Source: Octopus sinensis (lineage: Eukaryota). Taken from it: DNA of 64,000 bases. The stretch lies in contig NC_043013.1 of the NCBI RefSeq assembly GCF_006345805.1, positions 41,292,001 through 41,356,000 of the forward strand, read 5' to 3'. Under the pieces are notes generated by a model. That model was given only the letters and a program-made list of their open reading frames with translations. It did no database searches and was not told the DNA's origin. Made by a program: the position numbers and the translations under genes. Of this stretch, positions 1-13,695 are shown one piece after another. The stretch's first letter is position 1. Every line of letters begins with the position of its first letter.

Positions 1-333
1 CTCTCTCACACACACACTCTCTCTCTCACACATATACTCTCTCTCTCTGTCTCTCACACACACTATCTCTCACACACACACACTCTCTCTCTTACACACA
101 CATACACACAGAGATTCAAATACACAAGGCAAACTGAAACTTAAAACTAAACAATAAATAAAATATGTACCTTGCATTTAGACCAGTGGTTATTGACCCT
201 TTTTTTTTTGTAACCCGCTTCCTTTCAGTAGTTGTGATGCCTAGTGCCCAGTGGCGAGTGAGGTGTCACCACTAAACTGACTTTTAACATGGAAGATAAT
301 TTATAAATTTTACTCTAAAAATGGATTGGTTAA

Positions 334-551
334 CCCTTTGGTATTCAGATTATTTGATCAAATCTAATGCTTATTCATTCACATTGCTTTGAATTAATCA
401 TACATTATCTCATGCCTTTGAGATTTCAATGATGTGATTGTTTATCTTTAGAATGACATTGTAAGGTAGGCATGAAATGTTGGATCTGGCCACTTTGAAC
501 ATAAGAGAGGCGAATATTTTGGCCGGATCTGTTCGGGTGAATGCTAACGGG
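334..551. mobile_element. piggyBac-type MITE
   Basis: TTAA at 330-333 and 552-555. Ends CCCTTTGGTATTC and GAATGCTAACGGG match 10/13 as inverted repeats. Confidence 0.7.
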
Positions 552-679
552 TTAAGCTTTCATCAGGAAATTGATAAAAAAAAATTAAGAAGAAAAAAAT
601 ATAAATTTACTTTGGTGATATATCATTTTCTTTTTAATAATCATTACTAGTTTTATTATGCATATTAACGATGATTTCA

Positions 680-830
680 AATTCCGCCGAGTTCGACTTT
701 ACCTTTCATCCTTTCGGGGTCGATAAATTAAATATCAGTTGCGTACTGGGGTCGATCTAATCGACTGACACCCTCCCCGCGAATTTCAGGCCTTTCTATT
801 ATAGGCATACTATAATAGAAAGGATTAAAA
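680..830 (+). mobile_element. SINE family B fragment
   Basis: Contains GTCGACTTTACCTTTCATCCTTTCGGGGTCGATAAATTAA, the core shared with many copies in the window. Confidence 0.8.
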
Positions 831-1342
831 ATAACATGATTACTACTTTAGGCAAAATTTATTATGTTATGTTACTTCACTGACCCTTAAAGCCTGGCGT
901 CCCCTTCAAAGTGCCCAGCGCCCCTTTGGGGGCGGTATCGCCCACGTTGAGAACCTCTGATTTACACGATGATTTTGACCTTTTCTCGTCATAGCACTGA
1001 CAAGGATATAGAAAAATTTAAAAACTGAAATGTCTCAGGGCCGGATATAATAGTCAATATATACTCCTAATGCTTAAAGCCTAAAACCTAAAAGAATCAC
1101 GAGCATGCTGTTCACTTGATTAGCTGAATTAGAAAGCCTCGTCGTCGTAATCGACGGAGTGCCAGTTAAAAACATCCTTCAAAGTACTACCTTATCCACT
1201 GCACTCATACACAAAATATAATAATCAACATTAGCCCCCATCAGTTAGTCCCCATTTACAACCACCATCACACTACCAGCAAACTAGCATAAGCATAAAT
1301 CAGCCACCATATAATCACTCTATAAACCACGATTAACCATCA

Positions 1343-2296
1343 TCTTACTATAATGAGTATTATGTCCATCTGTCCGTCTGTTTCCTCTTCACGGTCAAAC
1401 GGCTGGACCAATGGTCACGATGTTTTTCGGGATCACGAAAGAGGTAATCAGGAAGGTTTTTAGCGAAAAAAAATGTGAAAAAGTATGATTTAGTGGATAT
1501 TGAGTTTTCTATTAATAAATCGACTTTGATGCTTTTTGTTAAAATTCCGGCGATGAAGATTAACTCTGGATTCTCCACCCCATAGTGTTCGTGAATTTAG
1601 AGGGGTTAGATTTGCGATACTATCCCATTATTTCCTATCGTAGATGGGCGGATTCTTAAAGATTCCGCTCACACATTCACAGCAAACAAGGCACAGGATC
1701 AGACTTTAGATCATATAGGTGTATTTTTACTTACTCTGATGGTTACACACGGCCAGTTAGGCATCGCTACGAGGAGAGCAACGAGCTCCAGTAATTTGAA
1801 AATTAGTGTCGACCAAACGGAAAATATCGTCTACAAAGAGGTTTTGCAATCATATTGATATTATCGAAATGAATATGATTCATAATTTAAATAAGGAAAT
1901 TTGTAAACTTCGAATATATAAAAAGATAAGCAAGCGTAAAATAGTGTAAACAACTAAAATAAAAGTATATCTGAAATAAATTTTTTTCCTTAATACTTTT
2001 TATGTTGTGGTCGAAGGAAAGTCTGGCTTTCGTTAGGAGTGATCCACATAACCATTCATGATACAGATGCTGGGAGCCTATTTCAGTTCAGGAGTGAATC
2101 CTCACCACATGTCACTTAAACGCAAACACATGTCATTTAGCTGCAATAGAATGCTGTATCGCCAACAATAATGTGATCTCTCTAAGACATCACCCAGTAA
2201 TCTATCATGTCCATTTACACAATCCTCAATGCACACTGCTTTTATGACTTCCCTCACTCACTTTATGCCTTCATCGTAGATGGGTAAATTTGCTAG
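1343..2296 (+). mobile_element. Internally deleted Helitron
   Basis: 5' TC at 1343, 3' CTAG at 2293-2296, A|T target, small hairpin CATC-GTA-GATG just upstream of CTAG, and a helicase C-terminal remnant inside. Confidence 0.75.
1661..1858 (+). pseudogene. Helitron RepHel (PIF1-like helicase) C-terminal remnant
   Basis: Translates to DSAHTFTANKAQDQTLDHIGVFLLTLMVTHGQLGIATRRATSSSNLKISVDQTENIVYKEVLQSY*. This matches the TINKSQGQTL...SHGQLYVAxSR...NIVYxEVL pattern. Confidence 0.8.
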
Positions 2297-2430
2297 TATT
2301 TAAAAAAATTGACTTCAACTCGCAACTAACCACTGTCTAACCGTCATTTATGACGACTATCAAACCACCATAAACCGACATCTAACCGCAATCTACGATA
2401 ACTATCTTATCGCCATCATCTAACATTCAC

Positions 2431-2735
2431 AGACCGCTATTTAACCTAATTCAAACTACCATCTTACCACCATTAACAGCCATTTATATAAGCTTCTATG
2501 TGCTAACCATTTACTAACCAGCAGAGACCGCCATTTAACCAAACACAGATTACCATCTAACTACTATTAGCCGGCATATATAAAAGCTTCCTTTTTACTA
2601 ACTATTTCCTAACCAACATAGACCGCCATTTAACCAAATTCAAACTATCATCTAGCCACCATTATCCGCCATGTATATATAAGCTTCCATTTACTACCAA
2701 CTATCTACCAACAAAACAGAGCCGCCATTAATCTT
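2431..2735. repeat. Degenerate ~95-bp minisatellite, about 3 copies
   Basis: AGACCGCYATTTAACC...TATATAAGCTTC recurs at about 2431, 2525 and 2620, with a partial copy at about 2720. Confidence 0.75.
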
Positions 2736-3157
2736 CGGCGACCAACCACTAACGTCCATACCGTCAAATATTACGATCTACCAATTCTGTATGGCGTCGT
2801 CTTTTAGAGAGTAACAGTCTCCATCACAAAGTTACTTTAAACGATGATTTAAAACAAAAGAAATATTTCTTTTCAAATATCAATTTGAAGTATAGTTTTG
2901 ATAACAGCTTGCGGCGGCTGCCAATGATGAAGCGATGTCTTAGTATACGTGGGTGACTGTACAGACACATGCACACATGCGCACATGCGCACATGCGCAC
3001 ACAAGCACAAACACGCATGCGACGGACTCAAACTGAAGCATATATACGTACGTCGATTTGTTTATCTCCCTCTGTTGCGCTCTAATTGCGTGTACGTGTG
3101 TATGTGTGAACGTGCATATGCATATGTAATTATATATAAAAGTGTGTATCATACATA

Positions 3158-3209
<52 letters not shown>

Positions 3210-3573
3210 CAGGTGTTCATATACATACATTATGTATATATGTGTATATACATATGCATATGTATTCATGTATGTATGTATACATAAATAGATAGATAGA
3301 TTGATTGATGTACAGACATATATGTAGATATATCACATGTGTATATAATATATATAATTATATACAAATGTTTATATACATGCATTACATACATGCATAT
3401 ATATATGTATATATTTATATATATATATATATATATATGTATGTGCCATGTTGTATGTATGTATGTATGTATGTATGTATGTATGTATGTGTATATATAT
3501 ATATATACCTATATACATATATGACATACATGAACTGTATTCATATTTATAATGGTGTAGTTTAGTGCAACCG

Positions 3574-3649
<76 letters not shown>

Positions 3650-3681
3650 GTCTCCCTCACTCCCCACTTCTCTCTCTCCCC

Positions 3682-3713
<32 letters not shown>

Positions 3714-4024
3714 TATATATATATACTATATATATATACTATACTATATATATATACTATTATACTACAGTATAAATAACAATATAAATGCGGTTTGTAT
3801 AATGTGTCTATGAGTGTGGGTGACTGTGTGTTTACAGGTGTCTGTGATTACTGTCACACTATATTCAGACACAATCATATCCTAACACATACACATAAGC
3901 AAACCCACTCACACACACACATACATATACACGCAAAACCAGAAGCAACATATATTCAACACATCCGTATATAATACAGTAAAAAACATACACAGATATG
4001 CATATCAATATTATATATATATAT

Positions 4025-4055
<31 letters not shown>

Positions 4056-4110
4056 ATTGATTGATTGATTCCAGTTTCAGCTCATGAGCGTGTGCCATGC
4101 TGGGGCACCG

Positions 4111-4183
<73 letters not shown>

Positions 4184-4692
4184 ATATATATATGTATATA
4201 TGTAAAAATATGTTATGTGTATACAAATGTAGAATGTGTGCGTGTATATTTTGTAATATAGACACATAAATATTCAAAGACGAACAGAAAGAAAGTGGAT
4301 AGGAGACAGAACGAATGAGAGAGAGAGAGAGAGAGAGTAAGAAAGAGGAGGGGAAGGATGAGACAGAGGAAGTGAGAAAGAGAGAAAAGATGAGAAAGAG
4401 TGAGTGATTAATGTGAGAATTTATTCTTTTGATCTATTTCATACCTGGAACATGCAAGTTCCTATTTTCCCCCCAAAGACTCTGCCGCCATTATACATAC
4501 ACGCATACATGGTACTCACAACCTCCCCATACGCCACACGCGCATAGACGCTCAGATATTATATATACATAAAATCACAAACTAGCTATGTACATATATG
4601 GTGATACACATTCATATTTCTTATATATATAGATACATAAAAATATTATGCGTATATGTATATATATATATGTATGTATGTATATATATATG

Positions 4693-4744
<52 letters not shown>

Positions 4745-4943
4745 TATATACATATATACATATATATATATATAAGTATTAATATATAAAAATATACATG
4801 TCTATATTGATATATATATATATACATATGTGTGTGTGTGGTTGTGTGTGTGTGTGTGTGTATTTATATATAAATATCTAATTATATATGGATATAGATA
4901 TATATATATAAACTACGCACATATATATATTATAGATTTATAT

Positions 4944-4987
<44 letters not shown>

Positions 4988-5566
4988 TATGTATATAAAT
5001 ACATATATATACACACATGTATGTATTGCTTCTATGAAGGTGTTATGTGTATCGCTTTCTCGTTGATCTACTCATTGCAATCAGCAAAATGGCTTTAGTG
5101 AGGAATCTGTGTCACGGAGTACTTCTAAAGGTAAATAAAAACAGACCCCTCCCCTCGCCACACACACACACACACACACACAAGCAGACACAAACAAGCG
5201 GACAGACATACAAATCCATTGAGACACAGAAGCATACATACTCACATACGTAAGATATGTTCGCATTCTTATTTGTAGATACAATCCTTGACATTTTCAC
5301 CAAGACCTTATACACACATATCAACGTACACATCCAAACGTAGAACAGACAAGCCACATATAAGCTTGTGTTTACATGTGCACGTGTGTATGTGCGTATG
5401 TGTCTTCCCGTGTGTGTGTGTGTGCTTGTGTGTTTCTAAAGTCTGTGTGTATGTGTGCAAATGCGTGCGTGGACTTACGTCCATATATGCAATCCATAGC
5501 GTATGCTCGTATGTATATACACTATATTATGTAAGTGTATATTTCTTAAACTTATATATAGACGCA

Positions 5567-5942
5567 GGAGTGGTTTTGTGGTAAGTAGCATGTTTACCAA
5601 CCACATGGTTCCGGTTTCAGTTCCACTGCGTGGCACCTTGGGTAAGTGTCTTCTACTATAGCCACGGGTGAACCAAAGCCCTGTGAGTGGATTTGGTTGA
5701 AAGAAGCCCGTCATATATGTTTGCTTATGTTTGTGTATCTGTGTTTGTCACCCCCACCATCGCTTGACAACCGATGTTGATATGTTTACGTCCCCCATGA
5801 CTTAGCGCTTCGGGAAAAGATAGCGATAGAATAAGTACTAGGTTTACAAAGAATAAGTCCTGTGGTCTATTTATTCAACTAAAGCGGTGCTCCAGCATGG
5901 CCGCAGTGAAATGATTGAACAAATAAAAACGAGTAAAAGAGT
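5567..5942 (+). mobile_element. tRNA-derived SINE family A, near full length
   Basis: GGAGTGG..GTGGTAAGTAGC head, GGTTCAGTTCCACTGCGTGGCACCTTGG box, internal microsatellite, CAGCATGGCCGCAGT and an AAAAGAGT tail. About 15 copies in the window. Confidence 0.85.
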
Positions 5943-5945
5943 ATG

Positions 5946-6047
<102 letters not shown>

Positions 6048-6519
6048 TAAGTAAAACATAATATCATGAATAGCGATAGCGAAACCGGTCGATATATTAA
6101 AAATTATATTAAAACTATGTAAGTGTGCGTATTTTCCTTTTTTAATTTCTTATATATATATATATATACATTCTCACATAGACGTTTGTTTGTGTATATC
6201 TCTATGTTACGCCAGTCGAAGTTTCTAAATTGTTATGACATTAACAATATATAAGTTTAGTATACACATATATAATATAGTGTATATACGTACGTGCATG
6301 TGCTAACGATTGCATATATAGGCACGCATATGTACACATGTACGCACGCATATGTACGCATACACACACTGAGAAAACACACATTTTGCAAACTAACGAA
6401 TCATCGTCGCTTGCGAGTGACGGCTACGGCGGCTATCGTTCATAGTTATATTGATGTATAGCTTTTGTTTACGTTGTGGTCCTAAAACTTTTAAATTCTC
6501 GCTACAGCTATAAGTGTGG

Positions 6520-7170
6520 AAAGTCAATATTTACTAATTTGTACGGGATAAAGAGAGAAGGCGAACAGGTCTGTTAATTTTGTTCGTTGGTCAACCACAT
6601 ACCTCAGCTGGTTTGAAATGATCTTTGGCTGGCATTTGTCATGCATCAGTGGAGGAATATACTTTGAAATCCACAAAATGTTTGAGTAGGGCATAGACGC
6701 ATGATTAAGAAATTGCCTATGTGAACCTGGGTGATCCGCTTTTCTCTTGATGTCCAAATATACTGAGAAATTGCGGTAGTGTTCTCTTGGTGTTGAACCA
6801 GCTTTCGAGCTGCTGCAGGCGAGTCGTGAAGAATTGTTTTGTAAATTCCATGTAGCATGATTAGTTTATTGATGGATACATTATCTCTGTACGCAGGGTT
6901 TTTCTCTAGGCATTTATCCCGTACAGAACAATCATATATAATAATTAATATTTCACCGATTGTACGGCGACTCACTACTGCAGTTGGTTTTGCCACTTGC
7001 GTATTTATGGTACTTTACGACATTAGACACGCATGGCGTACAGCTGGTAACTCATCTTAATGTTATTTTTGATGAGCAGCATTTCTGATTTATGACTGTC
7101 TGGTAAATATCCTCCGATTAGAGAAAGGAAATGTTTGCATCGCTGGTTTCTAAACTTTCTATGGCGGGTT
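6520..7170 (-). pseudogene. Decayed Penelope-like element (Naiad-type) RT C-terminus/GIY-YIG endonuclease
   Basis: Frameshifted pieces include KNNIKMSY-CTPCVSNVVKYHK, DCSVRDKCLEKN and ENTTAISQYIWTSREK, resembling the Naiad RNTVKVSYSCMPN, CPLxGxCL and NxTxLSxYIWxLK motifs. Confidence 0.65.
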
Positions 7171-7298
7171 ACACCAAAAAAGCAATTCTCACATAGCTGT
7201 CTTCTTTGGGTGGATCCTTGATAGTGTTGGGAAGAACTTTATTCTTTCTTTGTCTATCTGTCCCTCCCTCTCTCCCTCCTCTTTCTATATATATCTAT

Positions 7299-7329
<31 letters not shown>

Positions 7330-7400
7330 CACACACACACAATATATATATATGTGTATATGCGTGTTGTATCGCTCTCTCTTTCTCCTCTCTCTCTCTC

Positions 7401-7451
<51 letters not shown>

Positions 7452-7833
7452 ATATAAATATAATATATATATATTATATATAAATATATATATATTATAA
7501 ATATATATATAGGGAGAGATAGATAGATCATGTAAGTATATCTATAGATATATATGTGTGTATAGATATTCATACAGTGAGGTGGGGGCTAGAGTACATT
7601 TAGAGACATAGTTATGCAGATAAAGTTAAAAAGTAGCTGAATTGTGGAGAAATAGAGTGGAACGAAATAGTTGTAAAAGTTCCCTAAAACAGACATTTAT
7701 GCGAAATATGAGAGAAGAGGAAAACCAAATTTAATTTACCATTAATATTCGTACTTCCCTTTCTTCTTCGCAACTTTTCCATGCATATTCGGTAACATTG
7801 GACACATACACACACATAACAATATAATATTAC

Positions 7834-7887
<54 letters not shown>

Positions 7888-7900
7888 TTGTGTGTGTGTG

Positions 7901-7936
<36 letters not shown>

Positions 7937-7944
7937 GTGTGTAT

Positions 7945-7979
<35 letters not shown>

Positions 7980-8110
7980 TCATACGTATATGCTCAGAAA
8001 CAAATATGTCTGTTTTGAAACATATATACATACGGTTTATACATATATGTCTACGTATATATGTTGTCTGTCTGTAAGTATGTATGTATGTGTAATTGTG
8101 TTTACATATA

Positions 8111-8176
<66 letters not shown>

Positions 8177-8772
8177 GTATAATAGTGTATATATATGCAT
8201 ATATATATAATTCGTACATTATAAACACGTACGTATATATGTATGTATTTATGCATATATATATATGTAATTCGTACATTATAAAGCTTAATATACACGC
8301 ACGTGTACACGCACATAAATTTACAAACACTTATACGCACAAGCGTATATGCGTACACTCACACTCATAGTACACGCTCGCATATTTGTTTTGCGTGTAT
8401 TAATGGATGCTAAATGGTGAAAATACCATTTATTACTGATTATTTGATACATGAAGTCTCGGCTGATCAGGAGTACACGTATGGTGAAATAAATATCCTG
8501 TAATCAGATTTACAAAGGCATATTATATCATGTTATATCTGCACGGTAGCTAGTAATGTTTGTTAGACAAATGTCTGCCAGGATGGTCGCTATGGATGCT
8601 GTTGCTTAACAAAGCTAACCACGGGAGCATTGATGATGTTAAAATAAAAGTTTAGCAATGATTGGTTTATGTCTATATCTAAATTTGATTTTAATCTATA
8701 GTACGAAAGAGGTTATGGTAGTTATTTGTTTCTGTAACCTGTATGTCTGTCTATCTACCTATCTATCTATCC

Positions 8773-8848
<76 letters not shown>

Positions 8849-9007
8849 GCTTGTCTTTGTCTGTCTGCCTCTCTGTATATCTATTTTTCTCTCTCTCGAT
8901 CTGTCCCTCCGTGTATGTGTGTGTGGGTATATATATATATTATATATATATAATATATATTATATATATATATATCATACATATATGCCTGGCTATCTAT
9001 CTATCTA

Positions 9008-9042
<35 letters not shown>

Positions 9043-9668
9043 CCTATCTATCTATCTATCTATCTACAAACGCACACACACACACATGCCTCCATCTAAC
9101 GTCGGCCTGTCTATTTTGCTCGCTACCGTTATTGATTAACCATCATAATCCGGAACTCTGATGAAACGTATCAACATCAAGTGATTGATATTATTAACAA
9201 AGAAGTCGTCTGCTTCAATGAAATTCCTCGCCATCTAAAAGTGAAAGTAATCATTTTCTAAGTGGTATAAGCGAAATATATCTGTACAGTTAAAAGTACG
9301 TTATGCTATTATCCTTTATTCTAAAAGACTACCACGTGATGCTGCTTAAGAACCGTAGGCCATTCTTTGAGCTTACCTCTGTCTCTGTGTGTACGCATGT
9401 GCGGTTATGTGTCTCTGTATGTGCGCGTTGTGCTTGTAAGTTTGTGTAGAAGTAGGCGTCCAAATACGGAATCTTGGCGGAAAATTAATCTGTCTGGTTA
9501 GAAAAGAGCTCTACGAAACTCTAAGATAGGGGCTTAAATTGAATAATCACCCTTCATTGCAATTGTTTTAGTTCTGACAGATGGGGATAAACGAAACAAG
9601 AAAGATAAAACAAATATAAAGACAACACTAAACTAATTTAAAAGAAAAAGAAGCCCAGCCCAACGCTT

Positions 9669-9676
9669 AAAAGGCA

Positions 9677-9730
<54 letters not shown>

Positions 9731-9782
9731 TTATTATTATCATTAATAGTAATAATAATAACGATAATAATAATAATAATCC

Positions 9783-9839
<57 letters not shown>

Positions 9840-10003
9840 TTGTTATTATTTTTATTATCATTATTATTATTACTATTATTAGTAGTAGTAGTACTATTTA
9901 TTGTAATTATTATTGTTGTTGTTACTACTGCTGTTGATTTTTGTTATTGTTGCTATTGCTGCGCTTCTTATCTTCGATATTATTATAACTCCTCCTCCTC
10001 CAG

Positions 10004-10036
<33 letters not shown>

Positions 10037-10037
10037 T

Positions 10038-10115
<78 letters not shown>

Positions 10116-10250
10116 GTTTTTGTTGTTTTTATCATCATCACCGTCATCATTACCATGATCATCACCACGATCATCATCATCAATATCATCATCAATATCA
10201 TCATCATCATCATCATCATCATCATTATCACCATCATCATCATTTCATCA
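9669..10250. repeat. Compound trinucleotide microsatellite (TAT/TAA/TAC/CAT)
   Basis: Direct reading. Confidence 0.95.
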
Positions 10251-10489
10251 TTTTGGTGTTGCTACAATTATTTATCAACTGAAGAATATCACAGGAAAAG
10301 TTCCGGTTTTGGGAAAGAAAGAAAGAAAAAAAATGAAACAACTACAAAAGCAAAAGACAACAATAACAAAACAAAGGAAACATATTCCTAAAAATAAATG
10401 GTTCTTAAGACAGGTGCTTGTATGTCTTAAATGGTGAAGATTATAATGCTTTGTAGACAGATCAAGAGGGGTTTGTTTACTGAGCATTC

Positions 10490-10930
10490 TACTACCACCA
10501 CTACCACTACTACCACCACCACCACCATCATTCCTTCACTAGCAGTAACTGCTAACATCACCACCACCACCATCATCAGCCAAGACCACCACCACCGGTA
10601 CCATCTACTTTACCAGCAACAAAACTACCCTCACCAAAACTACTACCTCAACCACCACCAGCCAGCCATTCGCCACCATCACCACAACCACCAGGAATCA
10701 CCACCACCTGTCCCCACCCCCATCATCGGTACCACTCCGCCTCCATCGCCATTATTAGCAAACATCATCACCACCAGGCATCGTCGCCACGAACAGCACT
10801 AGTACCATCATAACGCGACCGCAAGCCACCAGCACCTCGAATACAACCACTACCACTACCAAGAGCACCAACACCACACCGCCGCTACCATCACCACTAC
10901 CACCACCAACCACCACCACGTCTACACAAA
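10490..10930. repeat. Degenerate (CAC/CAT)n low-complexity tract
   Basis: Direct reading. Confidence 0.9.
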
Positions 10931-11219
10931 AGCCTACTAACAACTCAACTTGTAATATATATATATTATCTGTGGGTATTGGGGTATGACTGCCTTTTAC
11001 TTGTTTCAGTCATCTAACCGCGGCCATGCTGAATCACCACCATGAAGGGTTTCAACCGAAGAAATCGAGTCCAGGTTTTATTTCTTAAACCTAGTACTTA
11101 TACGGTTTCTTAGGCCGAACCGCTAAGTTACGAGAACGTAAATACACCAGCACCGGTTGTCAATCCGTGATGTGGAGGGACAAACACATGCTCAAAGACA
11201 CACATAGATATGTACATAT

Positions 11220-11808
11220 CTATGTAATAAAACCAGAGGTAGTTGCCCTAGATATAGAAGTAAAGATTGGAGTAGGATATAAAGAGTTTGTAACAAAGCG
11301 AACAAGGTGAACACATGGTACAAGACCGACAAATACCAAGGAGTGATGTTTGTAGAGGCCACACTCCATGGAGAACTAGCTCGAAGATTTACGAAAGCCT
11401 TGAAGGAGACCAAACTCAACATTAAGATTGTTGAAAAGCCAGGGAGCTCCAACAGATCACAATCATGTAGGACGTAAGCCTTTGAGAATACCACATGCAC
11501 CAATGATAATTGCGTGGTATGTAGGGGATTAACCCTGACATTAATTGTCGAACTAGAAGAACATAATATACAAGGCGAGACATCAAGAAGCATTGCGGAG
11601 AGACTAAATGATTACATGAGACAATATGACAACAAAAAACAGTCCTCCATATTATACCAACATGCCAAAGACCAACAAGGAGACACACTGGGTCGACTTT
11701 GACATCCGCATTTTATCCAAGCAATCGAAGGGGCCAACAGTCACACAAATACAGGAGTACGTCCTCATAAATGAAACATCCCCAGTACTAAATAGGGAAT
11801 ATACGTAG
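11220..11808 (+). pseudogene. Penelope-like element 3' remnant (RT tail, Cys linker, GIY-YIG), non-Naiad clade
   Basis: PRYRSKDW...WYKTDKYQGVMFVEATLHGELARRF...IKIVEKPG...CTNDNCVVC...GETSRSIAERLNDY...SILYQHAKD, then a frameshift to FDIRILS...QIQEYVLINETSPVLNREY. Contains stops and a frameshift. Confidence 0.85.
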
Positions 11809-11923
11809 AAGGCAGTCATACCGCAATACCCACAGCTTGTATATGCACAGGTAGAATTGTTAGTAGGCTGTTAATATAATGTAAATATACATACATACAT
11901 ATATATGTATATATATATGTATA

Positions 11924-11961
<38 letters not shown>

Positions 11962-11965
11962 TATA

Positions 11966-12473
11966 CTAGCAGTATCGCCCGGCGTTGCTCGGGTTTGTAA
12001 GGAATAACTATATAAGCATTTTTAGAGAGTTACTTCCCTTATAGATGCCAATACGGGCTTTCTTAGCCATTTCTGTTTTGGTGTCTTCAAGCCATGAAGT
12101 CTTTGTTCTAAAAGAACGCTGGTCTCCTTGACAACGCATTACGACATTGATTTCTTTACATCCCTTCCCCACAGCTTCACGAGGGCGGGAAGGGGAGAAA
12201 GCAAACAGGGCAGCTGTGAGCGTGGACGCCAACTCCGCCGCCATTGACACACGAAAGATTATGCATTAAAATGGAATAAAAAATTATGTTAAATTATTTT
12301 TAAAACGTAGACTCATCGTTGACGCGCGCAAATACTCAGACGGGCTCGATTAAATGACACGACTATAAGATACCCGAATTTGGTTTAAACTGCCCACCGC
12401 AAAATGTGGGAGGAGTTAGGAATCTAATCGAAGGGGACAGACACTCACACAACTAGAGTTTTATATATATAGA
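11966..12473 (-). mobile_element. Non-autonomous Helitron, both ends intact (508 bp)
   Basis: Minus strand begins TCTATATATATAAAAC and ends with hairpin CCCGAGCAACGCCGGG about 8 nt before CTAG. Inserted at A|T. Confidence 0.8.
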
Positions 12474-13072
12474 TATATGTATGTATGTATATTATATAAA
12501 GTAAATGGATATGCAAGTAAACAGATAGATAAATAGGTAGGTACATCAGTAATACGGACAAACAAGTACACACACAAGCATACAAACATACATACACAAA
12601 TGAAGATTGAAGCATATGACCATATACACACAAGCACACTTCACACATGCACACAAACACAGGCACACGCACACACACATACAAGGACACATATAAAGAC
12701 GCACATGCATACATAACAGACACACATACATTGTCACACAAACCCATACACATAGATACACTCAAACATGCACACACAAGGAAACAGAGGTACACACAGG
12801 TACACACACATACATACAAACACACACGCATACATACATTCTATTACGATAACAATTATTTTTTCAGTAATTGGTGCACGTAGCACATTACCTAAACTGC
12901 TACCTTAGGGGCTGAAGGATACTGGAATTGAGACTCCCATTGTCGACCCGCAGAAAAGTGCGATGCTGTATTCTACAAAAACCCTAAAAAAACATTCTTG
13001 TGATCTGAGGAGACATGCTGTCATCAGACCTGGAGATAAAATCCCTGCTAACAAATATATCATGTAATAGGT

Positions 13073-13074
<2 letters not shown>

Positions 13075-13122
<48 letters not shown>

Positions 13123-13196
13123 TATATTAGTAGAAGTAGTAGTAGTAGAAGTAGTAGTAGTAGTAGCAGCAGCAGCAGTAGCAGCAGCAGCAGCAG

Positions 13197-13235
<39 letters not shown>
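13075..13235. repeat. (TAG)n/(CAG)n microsatellite
   Basis: Direct reading. Confidence 0.95.
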
Positions 13236-13236
<1 letters not shown>

Positions 13237-13244
13237 GGGGGTTC

Positions 13245-13425
13245 GGTTTTGGCACAAGGCCAGCAAATTCAGCGCAGTAGGAAAGTCGATTACGTGCATC
13301 CCAGTTCTGAACTGGTACTTATTTTATCGACCGCGAAAGGATGAAGGGCAAAGTCGACCTCGGCGAAATTTGAACCCAGGACATAAACAGCGGACGAAAT
13401 GCCGATAAGCATTTCGCCAGGCAAT
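13245..13425 (-). mobile_element. SINE family B
   Basis: Reverse complement of the GTCGACTTTGCCCTTCATCC..CGGTCGATAAAATAAGTACCAG core. Confidence 0.8.
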
Positions 13426-13429
13426 AATA

Positions 13430-13479
13430 CTAATAATGATGATGATGATATTAATAATAATAATAATAACAACAACAAT

Positions 13480-13524
<45 letters not shown>

Positions 13525-13593
13525 AATAATAATAATAATACTCTAATAACAACAACAAACAACAAACAATACAATAATAATAATAATATAATA

Positions 13594-13679
<86 letters not shown>

Positions 13680-13695
13680 TAATAATAATAATAAT
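13430..13695. repeat. (AAT/AAC)n microsatellite
   Basis: Direct reading. Confidence 0.95.

Larger units (their letters stand above)
184..959. mobile_element. Non-autonomous hAT (Charlie-like) element with nested insertions
   Basis: Imperfect TIRs CAGTGGTTATTGAC (184) and GTTGAGAACCTCTG (ends 959). 8-bp TSD ATTTAGAC / ATTTACAC (7/8 match) with central TA. Confidence 0.7.

Noticed and set aside
9158-9172. CTGATGAAACGTA, a hammerhead-like core
   Set aside because: CTGATGA overlaps GAAA with no room for helix II, and no helix I is present.
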